NCBI GenBank assembly: GCA_000934665.2
Contig: JYFJ02004560.1
Coordinates: 1 to 36,479, forward strand
DNA from: Catajapyx aquilonaris
Taxonomy: Eukaryota
Length of the DNA stretch: 36,479 nucleotides
Reading direction: 5' to 3'
The first letter of the stretch is position 1; the number at the start of each line of letters is the position of its first letter. Both the position numbers and the translations under genes were made by a program. Under the pieces are notes generated by a model, which had not been told where the DNA came from, searched no databases, and saw only the letters and a program-made list of their open reading frames with translations. This document shows, piece by piece, positions 23,357 through 33,440 of this stretch.

Positions 23357-24079
23357 GTAATGTACGAATTTAGGTAAAAATCGGAACGGATTAGCATGGG
23401 AAAATGACAAAGCCACAATAACGTTCGTTGGACGGAATTGTTGGCGTAACACAACCCACAATTATAGTGCCAAGCTCTCTCATGCTCGCAATTAACTAAA
23501 ACTATAGGCACCAAGTTGCCAAAATTTGGCAAAAAAATATGCAAAAGTGCGAAAGTAGAGGGTGGGTGGAGTAAGGTGACCTTAGTAAGGTGACCTTAGT
23601 AAAGTCACCTTAGGGTGGAGACGGGCACCGCGCCATCCGACGGCGATGTGCAGAAGTAAGCAGGTCGGCCGCACCCAGCCCGTAACGTCACCCAGTCTGT
23701 AACGGCAGAAATTGGAATTCCGTGGTCGGCTTTTTTTTGCGGTTTTTCCTTCTTTTGAGCTTTACGAAATTCCTCGGCACCGTTTCCAAAAAACGCAAGT
23801 TTATTGCAAATATAGAAAACGCGGGCCAAATTTTGACACCACTCCCAATGCTGTAGGCCATACACAGCGGGAGGAGTTGCCCTCACAGTAGGGTATTAAT
23901 AATATAGATAATCACCCGTGGCCACGAAACAGACAGTATAGTCTACTGATGCGGCCACCCAAAAGCCAGACAGATGACATTTCATCATATTTGTGCCATT
24001 ATTACCGTGCACCATTGTACTGTACTGCATCATTGCAATTATATTACAGTGCACGTTTACTGAAAACGTCCCTTCGCAG
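23357..24079 (+). other. 723-bp GT-AG phase-0 intron of the GPCR
   Basis: Donor GTAATG at 23357 and acceptor CCCTTCGCAG ending at 24079. Splicing joins IFNK|VMHAVSIWLTV in frame within TM3. Confidence 0.9.
23572..23612. mobile_element. 41-bp near-palindromic insert with an 8-bp TSD (hAT-like ends)
   Basis: TAAGGTGACCTTAGTAAGGTGACCTTAGTAAAGTCACCTTA is flanked by GGGTGGAG at 23564-23571 and 23613-23620. Confidence 0.6.
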
Positions 24080-24952
24080 GTGATGCACGCCGTGTCCATC
24101 TGGCTGACCGTGACCCTCGCAGTGTGGCGATATCTGGTGGTGTGTTGGCCTCACAGAGCCAAAGAGTGGTGCAACCAGACAAGAGCCAAGTGGACAGTGT
24201 TCACCGTGTACGTCACTATCACCATCCTACACACTCCATACTACTACGTATACCAAGTGGAACCTCGTGGATCATACTTTCAAGCATACTACTCAAGTTC
24301 AATGTACAGCGATGTGACCAAGGCTTTCCAAGGAAGTGTTGCAGCCACATTCTGGATCATGGCCATCTTCGTAAAGCTGATCCCGTGCTTATTACTCTCC
24401 ATATTGACCCTGAGACTGGTATGGGCACTGGTCGAGGCCAAGAGAAGACGACGGTACCTCAGAGACAACCGAAGACATTCAGTTGGAAGCCATGCCAGTT
24501 GTGATTCCCAGGACTGCAGGATGGAACGTACCACCAGGATGGTGATTGTGGTCCTCTTTGTCTTTCTGGTCACCGAGGTACCTATGGGAACACTAGCTCT
24601 TCTTGTGGCAATCAGAGGGTTTGGGTACTTTAACGACTGCTATTACTACATGACAAGACTCCTGGATGTCATAGTGTTGTTGAATAGTGCAATCAATTTT
24701 ATATTGTACTGCTCTATGAGCAAGGAATTTAGAGACACTTTTAAGGACCTGTTTGTACCTAACGGAATGTGGTGCAAGTATAAGAGATGTGTGTCCTGGA
24801 TGAGAAACTGGCCAAAGTATGGTGGCAAAATCTGGACACGTTTTCTTCATACAAATACCACCTCCTACAAGAACGATGATATTGAACTGGTGTCATACAC
24901 TGTCTATCCAAGAGAAGATCATAGTGATGATTATTGCGAAACTAGACTGTAA
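24080..24952 (+). CDS. Myosuppressin-receptor/DMSR-like neuropeptide GPCR, coding exon 2 (TM3-TM7, C-tail)
   Basis: HAVSIWLTVTLAVWRY (family-typical WRY), FWIMAIFVKLIPCLLL, RTTRMVIVVLFVFLVTEVPMG and LNSAINFILYCSMSKEFRDTF. Open to TAA at 24950-24952. The spliced product is 400 aa from ATG 23027. Confidence 0.95.
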   Translation: MMHAVSIWLTVTLAVWRYLVVCWPHRAKEWCNQTRAKWTVFTVYVTITILHTPYYYVYQVEPRGSYFQAYYSSSMYSDVTKAFQGSVAATFWIMAIFVKLIPCLLLSILTLRLVWALVEAKRRRRYLRDNRRHSVGSHASCDSQDCRMERTTRMVIVVLFVFLVTEVPMGTLALLVAIRGFGYFNDCYYYMTRLLDVIVLLNSAINFILYCSMSKEFRDTFKDLFVPNGMWCKYKRCVSWMRNWPKYGGKIWTRFLHTNTTSYKNDDIELVSYTVYPREDHSDDYCETRL

Positions 24953-25398
24953 TAATTATGATCAGGTTGGTATACACTCATTTTGAAAATTATTTCAAAA
25001 TGGCACATAATTAATTATCATACATAAGGCAAAAAGTTTCTTTGCTTGCATATGCCGACTACCTAACACACTTCCCGACTCTCTCAGATCACATTGCAAT
25101 AATTCGTCCTCCATTTGTGCATATTTTTAAAAAACCGTGTCATTTCAGCCCAGTATGTCTCTCAGGACAGGAAGCTTCCATTGTATGTTAATGCACCGTT
25201 TTATGGCAATTGGTTTATTCAGGCGTTGCAAGCCAATCATACCCTGTTATTAGTACCCAGCACATGTCACCATTCAGCCAAAATTGGATATCTCCATCTG
25301 GTGACATATCCTGTTACAAGTTCAATCAAAAAGATATGTCTTGGGACAAAGCTAATAAGTACTGCCAAGCACTCGGTCCTCGGTGAGCATCTACAGGT

Positions 25399-25623
25399 TT
25401 GGTTTGGTTTGGTTTATTTGGAAGAAGCCAAAGCAACTGTGGCTATCTGGCTGTAAGAAGAAGCAAAGGTGGGACAGATGGAGAGAGAAACGAAGAGGAA
25501 AAAGAAGAGAGGAAAGACTGGCATCTCTCTTAGTCTGTCTCCTATCCCAAAGACCTGTCCGGCTTGGGAGGCCCTACCAGTAGACGAAGCTACCGCCGGC
25601 ATAGCTNCGGGGGGGGGGGGGGG
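25399..25623 (-). mobile_element. SINE-like retro-insert with RTE-type 5'UTR-derived head, (AAACC)n tail and 12-bp TSD
   Basis: TSD GCATCTACAGGT at 25387-25398 and 25624-25635, with (GGTTT)4 at the left end. The minus strand reads AGCTATGCCGGCGGTAGC...CTGGTAGGGCCTCCCAAGCCGGACAGGTC...CAGACTAAGAG, resembling RTE/Expander-like 5'UTRs. There is an N at 25607 and a G-run next to it. Confidence 0.75.
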
Positions 25624-25830
25624 GCATCTACAGGTAATTAATACGTTGAATGCTACTCCATCTGCGCTGATGACTGGCTGAAGAGAAGTAATTCCACGAG
25701 TTGTTACTTGATATGTCGACAATAATGATATTGTTAGCTGGTATGGGTATGGGGCTCGCGATTTTTTCCAGAGATTCGAATACCTGGTCATTATAAATTC
25801 CATCGAAGAAAAGGTATGTATCATACTAAA

Positions 25831-25866
<36 letters not shown>
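25831..25866. repeat. (TGT)n microsatellite
   Basis: Perfect trinucleotide run. Confidence 0.97.
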
Positions 25867-25975
25867 GGAAGAGGAATGGGACAAACCATTGCCAGGGAGC
25901 TGGGGCGGGCGGTTGGGGGGAAGGGGAATAGGACAAACCGACAAACTTTTCCTCATATATGGTAGCCTATAAAAA

Positions 25976-25976
<1 letters not shown>

Positions 25977-26032
<56 letters not shown>
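25977..26032. repeat. (TTG)n microsatellite
   Basis: Perfect trinucleotide run. Confidence 0.97.
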
Positions 26033-26751
26033 CAAAATTCGAGATATATCAGATAATGCGTACAACACAGGAATGGCTCAAGGAATTAATGAAAACTTAC
26101 GCTTATAAGTTAGTGGACTTGGATAGGTCTGAGTGACCTTAACTCCTAGACCCAGAGGAAGGAGTCTGGACATGGGCTGATGGGACCAGTCTAGACACGA
26201 ATATCTTGTGAAGAACGAATAGCCTATTTTGTTATGTTAACCACTGAAAATTTCAGTTCAGGATGATGAAAGCAAAAACAAACCAAAAAATATTGATGTA
26301 CGATCTATGATCTCGTAATATTTTACAGGTCATGGAAGAAGGGGTATCCAAAGGGAAGACGGAGTTACCCAGTGCTGTTTTTTCTTACAAATTTGGCATT
26401 GAGTTGATGCCTGTAAGCAGGAATTAGCACACTTTTGACAGAGTAAGGTAGCCTGGTTTTGATAATGATCTACTCTCTGTTGGTTGCAACAAATGGAAAA
26501 GAGGGCAATAAAACCTAACGTAATGAAACTATTGAAAGTACTGTATTTTCTTTTTGCATCCTGTGGCAAATAGCAATGTGACTTTTTGCGGTACATGAGA
26601 GTCACATCCTTCCACAAACATCCCTTCATATTGTAACTTTAGTGTCAGTCAAGGATGTCGTCAGTCCTACCGTACATCTTTTTGCATCGATCATCGCCTG
26701 GACACCAGTGGAATGTATACGATCTGGTGTGTCAACCTGTCGCAGTATTGG

Positions 26752-27547
26752 AATTAGATCAAAAACTTTCCCTTCAGTAAAAAAAAGAGAAGTAAGACCT
26801 CCGCGGCGGAATAAAAGTACTGAAACAAGGCAGGCGCACGTAAGACCTTCACCAATTGATTTAAGCTGTACCATAGGTCTTACTCAAGCAATTACCAATT
26901 TACTGCTCATGAAATCGCTTTTCTGAAAACAAATTTGTGGAATTTCTGTCGTACTACTAGTTACTTCTAACTTAGCAGTACCAGTGTAGTGCAATGGTAC
27001 TGCTATAAGTTAGCAGTAACTACAGACCTATAGTTAATAGTAATAATAGTAGTATGACGAAAATTCCACCCATTACTTTTCCATGAGCCACTCCATATGA
27101 GTGTTTTATGAAATTAGGAACTTCAATATTAAGCACATTGAATTTCTATGCGATTAGTGCGAATTATTGCCATGAAACATTCATGCAGAATCGTCACCTC
27201 TTTTAGATGCTGATTTTAACTCTAACGTTTAATTTTTCACATATAAACGTTAATTGGTGAATTTTAGAGGGTTTTTTTTCGATTGGACCAAGTCTGTAGA
27301 ATGGGTTTAGTTTTTCCCCCATTTTTTTCATGATAAAATCCTACCTATACTGCTCTGAGTAGTTTGCAGCAGTCATTTTACGAGCCGTTCCGTACCGTAC
27401 TTGAGAATTGCTTGAGTAAGACCTATGGTACAGCTTAAATCAATTGGTGAAGGTCTTACGTGCGCCTGCCTTGTTTCAGTACTTTTATTCCGCCGCGGAG
27501 GTCTTACTTCTCTTTTTTTTACTGAAGGGAAAGTTTTTGATCTAATT
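26752..27547. mobile_element. Young non-autonomous DNA element with 142-bp identical inverted repeats
   Basis: 26752-26893 is the exact reverse complement of 27406-27547 by eye. The same peptide appears in ORFs 26642(+) and 27373(-). The TSD is ambiguous (TA or AATT). Confidence 0.92.
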
Positions 27548-27691
27548 TCAGTTCTTTTTTGACAGTACACATAACTTATGCTCTACACTATACAGTCTGC
27601 ACTATGAATCCATTGGAGACGATTTTCGTCGCGTAGAAGTCCCTAAAATTATTTTCACAGAGATAGTCGTAAAAAAACGAAAGTCGAGTGC

Positions 27692-28352
27692 TACCAGCCA
27701 ACGGTTAGTCTGATTTAATTATTATGGAATAGCCTACACGCTAAAATATACGGAATATATACATTGAGAACTGTACCAGACGAATTTGCTGAAATCGTGG
27801 TACTTTGCAAGAAATCAATCAATACTTATCTGCGGCTTGCCTCCGTCACATCTGAAAACTCCCAACCGTACTTAATTTTCGCGAAATGCGACGATTTCAG
27901 CAAATCAGTTCGTCTGGCACGTTACAATAAAATACGCAAGTACATGTCTGCAAAACCTGCGCTACGAACGGACAGTATGTCTGTGTTTGCATGAAAATTC
28001 CCAGGACCGGGGTGCGATTTTTCTTTTCCAATTCCCGGACCCGCGGAAACCAAAACTAGACAACTGTCACCAATGTCACTTACGACATTATTCGGGGCAA
28101 CCCTTCAAATTATTATCTACATTGAGAACCGTACCAGACGAATTTACTGAAATCGTGGAACTTTCCAAGAATTAAATCAATAACTTACTATGTGTGGCTT
28201 GCCTCGGTCACATCTGAAAACTCCCAAACTTATTTAATTTTCGCGAAATGCAACGATTGCAGCAAATATTAGTCTGGCACATTTCTCAAGGTAGATATTC
28301 CGCATACTGTAACATAATTTCATAATTAAATCAGCTTAAGAGTTGGCCGGTA
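27692..28352. mobile_element. Older MITE-like element with ~90-bp diverged TIRs and two internal ~165-bp direct repeats
   Basis: 27692-27781 vs the reverse complement of 28272-28352. Units at about 27760-27923 and 28118-28283 share TACATTGAGAAC.GTACCAGACGAATTT...GTCACATCTGAAAACTCCCAA...GTCTGGCAC. Confidence 0.75.
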
Positions 28353-28371
28353 TTACCTGGCGATGGCTATA

Positions 28372-28938
28372 CAGGGTGCCCAAAAACTCGCGGAAAGTCG
28401 CCAGGTAGCCTGATAGGACTCGCAAAACTAATATAGGGATGTGGAAGTAGTTTTGGGCTAACTTGCATAGTTTTTTCGTACGACGCCTTTAAGATTTCGG
28501 TAGTTTCATGACGTCACTTCCGCCTTGAGGCCCCATTGCGTCATCATTACATGTTGTTGTGGCTGTTGCCCTTGGCACTGATTATCGTTGCGAATATTGT
28601 CAACTGTGATTGTTGAGAAATAAACAGTGATTTCAGTCTGGCAATTGAGGTGTCGACTGGCCACAGATACAAGCTGAAATCGTTGTTTATTTCTCAACAA
28701 TCACAGTTGACAATATTCGCAACAATAATCAGTGCCAAGGGCAACAGCCACAACAACATGTAATGATGACGCAATGGGGCCTCAAGGCGGAAGTGACGTC
28801 ATGAAACTACCGAAATCTTAAAGGCGTCGTACGAAAAAACCATGCAAGTTAGCCCAAAACTACTTCCACATCCCTATATTAGTTTTGCGAGTCCTATCAG
28901 GCTACCTGGCGACTTTCCGCGAGTTTTTGAGCACCCTG
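28372..28938. mobile_element. 567-bp Tc1/mariner-type fold-back MITE (265-bp arms, 37-bp loop, TA TSD)
   Basis: TA|CAGGGTG...CACCCTG|TA. The arms 28372-28636 and 28674-28938 differ at about 5 positions by eye. Confidence 0.95.
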
Positions 28939-28969
28939 TATAGCAGGGAGTGAACGGGCTTAATAGTAA

Positions 28970-29399
28970 CTGTTGAATCCGGATAAAACAAACTTCAAGA
29001 GACTGCGAAAAAGTATGTTATAACCGAGAGGTCTGTTATAGCCGAATCGTCACGCAACGTAAACATAAATTTCTGCTTTCAATGTAGCTGTACTATGCAG
29101 TACTAGACTACATACCGATTAATGAAATCTGTCACAATGTAATATTGGCTCACCCGAAAATTATGCTGGACCAAAATATCCGAAATTTTCTTCTGCCGTC
29201 TCCTTGTTGCAAATTTTATACCTGGACAACAATATTTTCCCACCGAGGGTCCAAGAAATGGTCTGTTATACCCGAGGTGAGGTGAAAATGAGTCTGTTAC
29301 ATCAGGAGTGCAAATACACAGTGCCTAATGGAAGCATGCCGGGACGGCCTTTATAACCAAGTCTGTTATAGCCGAGACTGTTATATCCGGATTCAACTG
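28970..29399. mobile_element. pogo/Tigger-type MITE
   Basis: Ends are CTGTTGAATCCGGATAAAAC and GTTATATCCGGATTCAACTG|TA, with multiple subterminal TGTTATA(A/G/C)CCGA motifs. Confidence 0.75.
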
Positions 29400-29809
29400 T
29401 AATAATCTGTAATAAGTGCAATGAGTTCACACCAGCGGCAGGGTAACATTTCGCTAATAACAATATGGCTAGTTGGTAAACAAGAATTGACGTTTCTAGG
29501 TGATGGCATTATGATGACAGAAAAAATTTGATGTAAAAAAATCATAGCTCCAATCCTGCAGCAGGTGGAACTGTGAGATTTTGAACGTAGATCCGCACCA
29601 TACCACTGCACCTTCGGCCCGTTGAAGAAGGAACCGAATTCCGAATAGTTATTGAGCAAATAAATATAGACGTTTTTTTTTGGTGGTTTTAAATTTTTTG
29701 CGGCGTTTTGAAGAGGAATTGAGTTTAGCTGTAAATGGTAGGAATGCACTTCACGACGGTGGGCATCTGTGTTCAAAATTTGGAAGCTCTACCTACAGCA
29801 GAACTTGAG

Positions 29810-30450
29810 TTAGGGCGAATAAAAAAAGCGTAACAAGAAGATGTTGAAGAAATTCATTGTTAAAATCTATGCTACGGTCTTACTAAGGGGCTATCGCCCC
29901 TTAAATATTATTGTGATCTGGATTCTTACGTAACGGACTCACAGTGTAAATAATGAATCATGGTGATAGGATGATTTGGCCAATTTTTATGACACTTGCA
30001 AGTTTGAAGTGTCCGGCAGACGGGATATCTCAACCAGACGAGGTGACAATGTTATACGAGCTGGTTGTGAAAAAAATGAGTTGATACGATGCAAGTGATA
30101 ACTGTCAACAACTATAGGTGTGGACAGTCATCTCCTGGTTATTGATTCACAAGAAGAACGCGTAATACTACATATTATACATACATCATTACTCTTGCAG
30201 AAATTAGAAGTGGGTCTACTTGTCCAGACTTTTGGCTGTCGAAAAATGGCTCGTTAAGCTGCTATTTTTAAAGGCAAAAACCGCTATGGCATGAAACAGA
30301 GCAAGTGAATATTGTCAAGCCAAGGGAGGAGATTTAGCAGTAATTGATTCGCAAGAAGATAAGTTCAAGTTCATTATTTACTGAGACTTCACCAGGTCAC
30401 CTCCACAACAATCGACAGTTTCCCCCATTCATTTACAGGTAATATGGCTG
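29810..30450 (+). mobile_element. Heavily decayed Tc1-like transposase remnant
   Basis: SGRRDISTRRGDNVIR at 30012 (cf. SGRPR.TT.R.D..I.R). Weaker GR.K start, EDKFKF (cf. DE.KF) and PPQ motifs occur in the expected order. Confidence 0.4.
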
Positions 30451-30775
30451 AGTAGAGTCATGAAAAAATTTAGCGAAGATAAAATCTGGATTGGTCTACG
30501 TAAAGAAGACGGAAAGAGTCTTGATACGATCATATTGTTAGGAAACAATTTTTGTTTAAGCTAATAATTATGATTAACTGACTGTCTTGAATATATTCTT
30601 TACAGGTCTTGGAAGTAGGAATAAGGATGTTTACAAGGAATGATGGCTGGAAATGTGGGTTTTGTCTGCACTCCTGAAGAGGGAAAGTTTCATCAAATAT
30701 CAGATTATATCGAAATGGATCCATTTCCATCTGTGAAATAGGTGCAGGTACGGCTTTGATAAATTCCACTTTCAA

Positions 30776-31089
30776 GGTGGGGAGACGGAGTGGCGCCGCG
30801 GTAACGCGCGGGCCCCACCCGGGGTTCCCACCTTCTTTCGTGCAGAGTTGGGCCATCTCTGGCTTCGTTTCGGGTGGCAATTTCCGGCAGACTAAGCCAC
30901 CCGGGGGAGTTCACAAAATGACGATTAGAGACATTGCACTTGCACTTTGCACATCCCCTCCCACCCACCCTTGGAGCATACTAATTAAGATTCTTCTTAA
31001 ACTCGCTCCATAAACAAATTCCAAAGGTGGCAACCCACCCCCCCTAAGGAGTAGTATAACTCCCCCCGTGGGGTAATGAAAAAAAAAAA
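30776..31089 (+). mobile_element. SINE with degenerate tRNA-like head, A11 tail and 11-bp TSD
   Basis: TSD TCCACTTTCAA at 30765-30775 and 31090-31100. A-box-like GTGGCGCCGCGGTAA and a weak B-box GGTTCCCACC. Poly(A) at 31079-31089. Confidence 0.8.
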
Positions 31090-31109
31090 TCCACTTTCAA
31101 CTCATATAA

Positions 31110-31782
31110 TAATGGGGAACTAGCCTTGGTCTGGGATTTGGGATTTTTGTTCATAACTAGCTAGCCCATGCCTGTAAACATACATTCCATCACTCTGTTG
31201 CATCAAAATGACATTACTGGATAAATTACGGCACATTTAAAAGTGCCTTCAAAATTGGCGGGAAAAACGCGGCAGCCAATCGAAAGGGTACACTGAAATG
31301 CCTGCTTGACTGCGAGATATGAGGAATTTGACTTTGAATTAACCGCGGACACGACGGAAAGCATTCGCAAGGCGGCTGTAGGCCATCGAGGTGGAGAAAA
31401 GGGGGCCGTCATGTGCCGAATTCGGGTGACAGACGATTCCTACCAGTTGGCACCACTGCCAGCCCCTTAGCTGATTGAGCGGCGTGAAGTAAAAACGCGC
31501 CCCGGCCGCTATCTTGCTCACGGAATTGGACGGTTGCTAACAACAGCGAAGCATTTTACAACAATGACGGGGCGCGTTCTATAACACCATTTTTGCGTTC
31601 ATTTCACTTCGCGTGATGTCAACATTTTCTAGGGAAACAGTGACGTCACCATTTCCCTACATAAAAACCCCAATTACTCCGGAACGGGAACTGATATCTT
31701 AAAACGGAATATGCCAAAAAAATCCAAAAAATTTGGGCGAATTTATTATGTAGTTTCCAAAATGAAGGCTACTTCCCCATTA
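31110..31782. mobile_element. Unclassified non-autonomous TIR element
   Basis: TAATGGGGAACTAGCCTT (31110-31127) vs AAGGCTACTTCCCCATTA (31765-31782) is a 17/18 inverted match. Confidence 0.55.
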
Positions 31783-31857
31783 ATGCAACCTTAATTCCAT
31801 TCTCACCATTTGTTACACTTCAACTCTACATTGGTTTCAGTGTAGATTTTGCAGCAT

Positions 31858-32157
31858 AATAATAATAATAATAATTTACCCCGTGATAGAGCCATTGGCT
31901 CTCTTAGGGGGGGAGTTCATCCCATTTTTTTTGTCAGGAACTCTTTGCTTTTTACTTTTTGCTTCGCTTTTTGGGAAGGGATAGGGATGGAAGGAAGCGG
32001 CTGTGGCCTGTTAATTACGGAAACAACTCCGGAATTCTCCTGGAGGGACCGTGGGAAACCACAGAAAACCACGGTCAGAGTTGCCGGCCCCGGGATTTGA
32101 TCCCAGGACCTCCCGATTAGCAGTCTGGCTCCTTAACCCCTACACCAACCTGCTTCG
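31858..32157 (-). mobile_element. tRNA-derived (Ser-like) SINE with CORE-like body, (TTA)n tail and 16-bp TSD
   Basis: TSD GTAGATTTTGCAGCAT at 31842-31857 and 32158-32173. The minus strand has A-box TGGTGTAGGGGTT, anticodon-arm-like GACTGCTAATC and B-box GGATCAAATCC. It continues GTGGTTTCCC...CTCCAGGAGAATTCCGG...AGGCCACAGCCGCTTCCTTCC, as in common insect SINEs. Confidence 0.92.
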
Positions 32158-32789
32158 GTAGATTTTGCAGCATCATACACGATCACTTGTGAAGCTTCAC
32201 CAGTATCCGCGAGAACAAAGAAGTGACCCATATTCTAAAAATAATTAATTCACCACCAAAAATAAGGTCCTTGTGGTGAGTTGCGGATATATTAGGACCT
32301 CGGACAAATTAATCTTTCTGTGTGTGTGTGACTTATTTCACATAAATGAACATGCATGTTGCTCCACATTGTTCTGTTGACTGTTCAAATTGTACCTGAA
32401 ATTGTTAGTGCCCACAGTAGAAATGCCTTCTTTTTCTTCCAGAACAACCGCCAATATTTATCGCAAGATGAAATTTTGAAGAAAAAAAATTGAAATATGC
32501 GCGCATATTCTGAACATTTTGCAAACTCCACGTGTCTGCTCATACTACCTCTAGATGGCAGAAAAATAGGGAACAGTCCTGTCCTCATCCGGCTGTGTCG
32601 TGAACTACCAAGCTGGCTTTCGTTCCCCTGATTCGCATCTACACTTCTACAGTACTGTATTAAATTTTTAATCACGTTGCATAATGTGTCAAGTGGAGAC
32701 AATCACAAAAGGAGTTGACAGTTAGAAATCAATAATTTATTGTTATTATTATAGTGTCCCAATGGAACTGCGGCTGTGCTGGGGTAGGC

Positions 32790-33440
32790 CAATTTATTCA
32801 TTATTTATGTTATACATTTCTGTATTTCGTGGCTATTTATTTATTCTATCCATTTACATAGTTACTTACATACCTGTATTATGTTAATTCATTTATCTCT
32901 CAATTATACGTTATCTATAGAATTATTCATTCGTTCCTTCCGGCGTTCATGTAGTTTGATCTAATTTAGACTGTACATGATTGAATGAATGCATGCATGC
33001 ATGCAGTTTATTAATTTTAATTAATTTTTAAATTTACCATTCAAATTCTTTATGCATCCACATACCGTATGACATTTTTTTTATATATCTATTCATTCAG
33101 TCATCTAATAATTTATTTCATTTATTTATGTTATGTAAGTTATCTATATTATTTATTTATCCGTTACTTATGCATCTATTAATTTATTTATCCGTAACTT
33201 ATGTATCTATCTAACTACATATTTATTTATTTGACAGTTTATTTGTCAAATCATTCGTTTGTTCATTAATTCACTCATTCATCATTCTGTTAAATTTTAT
33301 CAATTTATTTATATTGCATACCTATTAATATCAGGTTTCAATTTATTTATATTGTATATACCTATTAATATTAGGTATCAATATATTTCTCGCTCAATTT
33401 ATTTATACCAATAAATCCATTTATCTATTCATAGACACTG
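32790..33440. repeat. AT-rich low-complexity tract (degenerate ATTT/ATCT/ATTC repeats)
   Basis: T-skewed degenerate tetranucleotide repeats, with local duplications such as TTATCCGT.ACTTATG.ATCTAT x2 and ATACCTATTAATAT.AGGT.TCAAT x2. Confidence 0.8.

Noticed and set aside
23993..24079. N-terminal extension of the 319-aa ORF as coding sequence
   Set aside because: This is intronic read-through before the acceptor at 24079; TM1-2 are supplied by exon 1.
25414..25956. 180-aa minus-strand ORF with poly-Thr/poly-Pro
   Set aside because: It is made of a microsatellite, a G-run with an N and a SINE.
26642..27570. Duplicated peptide in two opposite-strand ORFs
   Set aside because: This is a by-product of the 142-bp TIRs, not genes.
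32085..32157. tRNA-Ser gene on the minus strand
   Set aside because: It has no proper acceptor stem or long variable arm, and it continues into a SINE body with a tail and 16-bp TSD.
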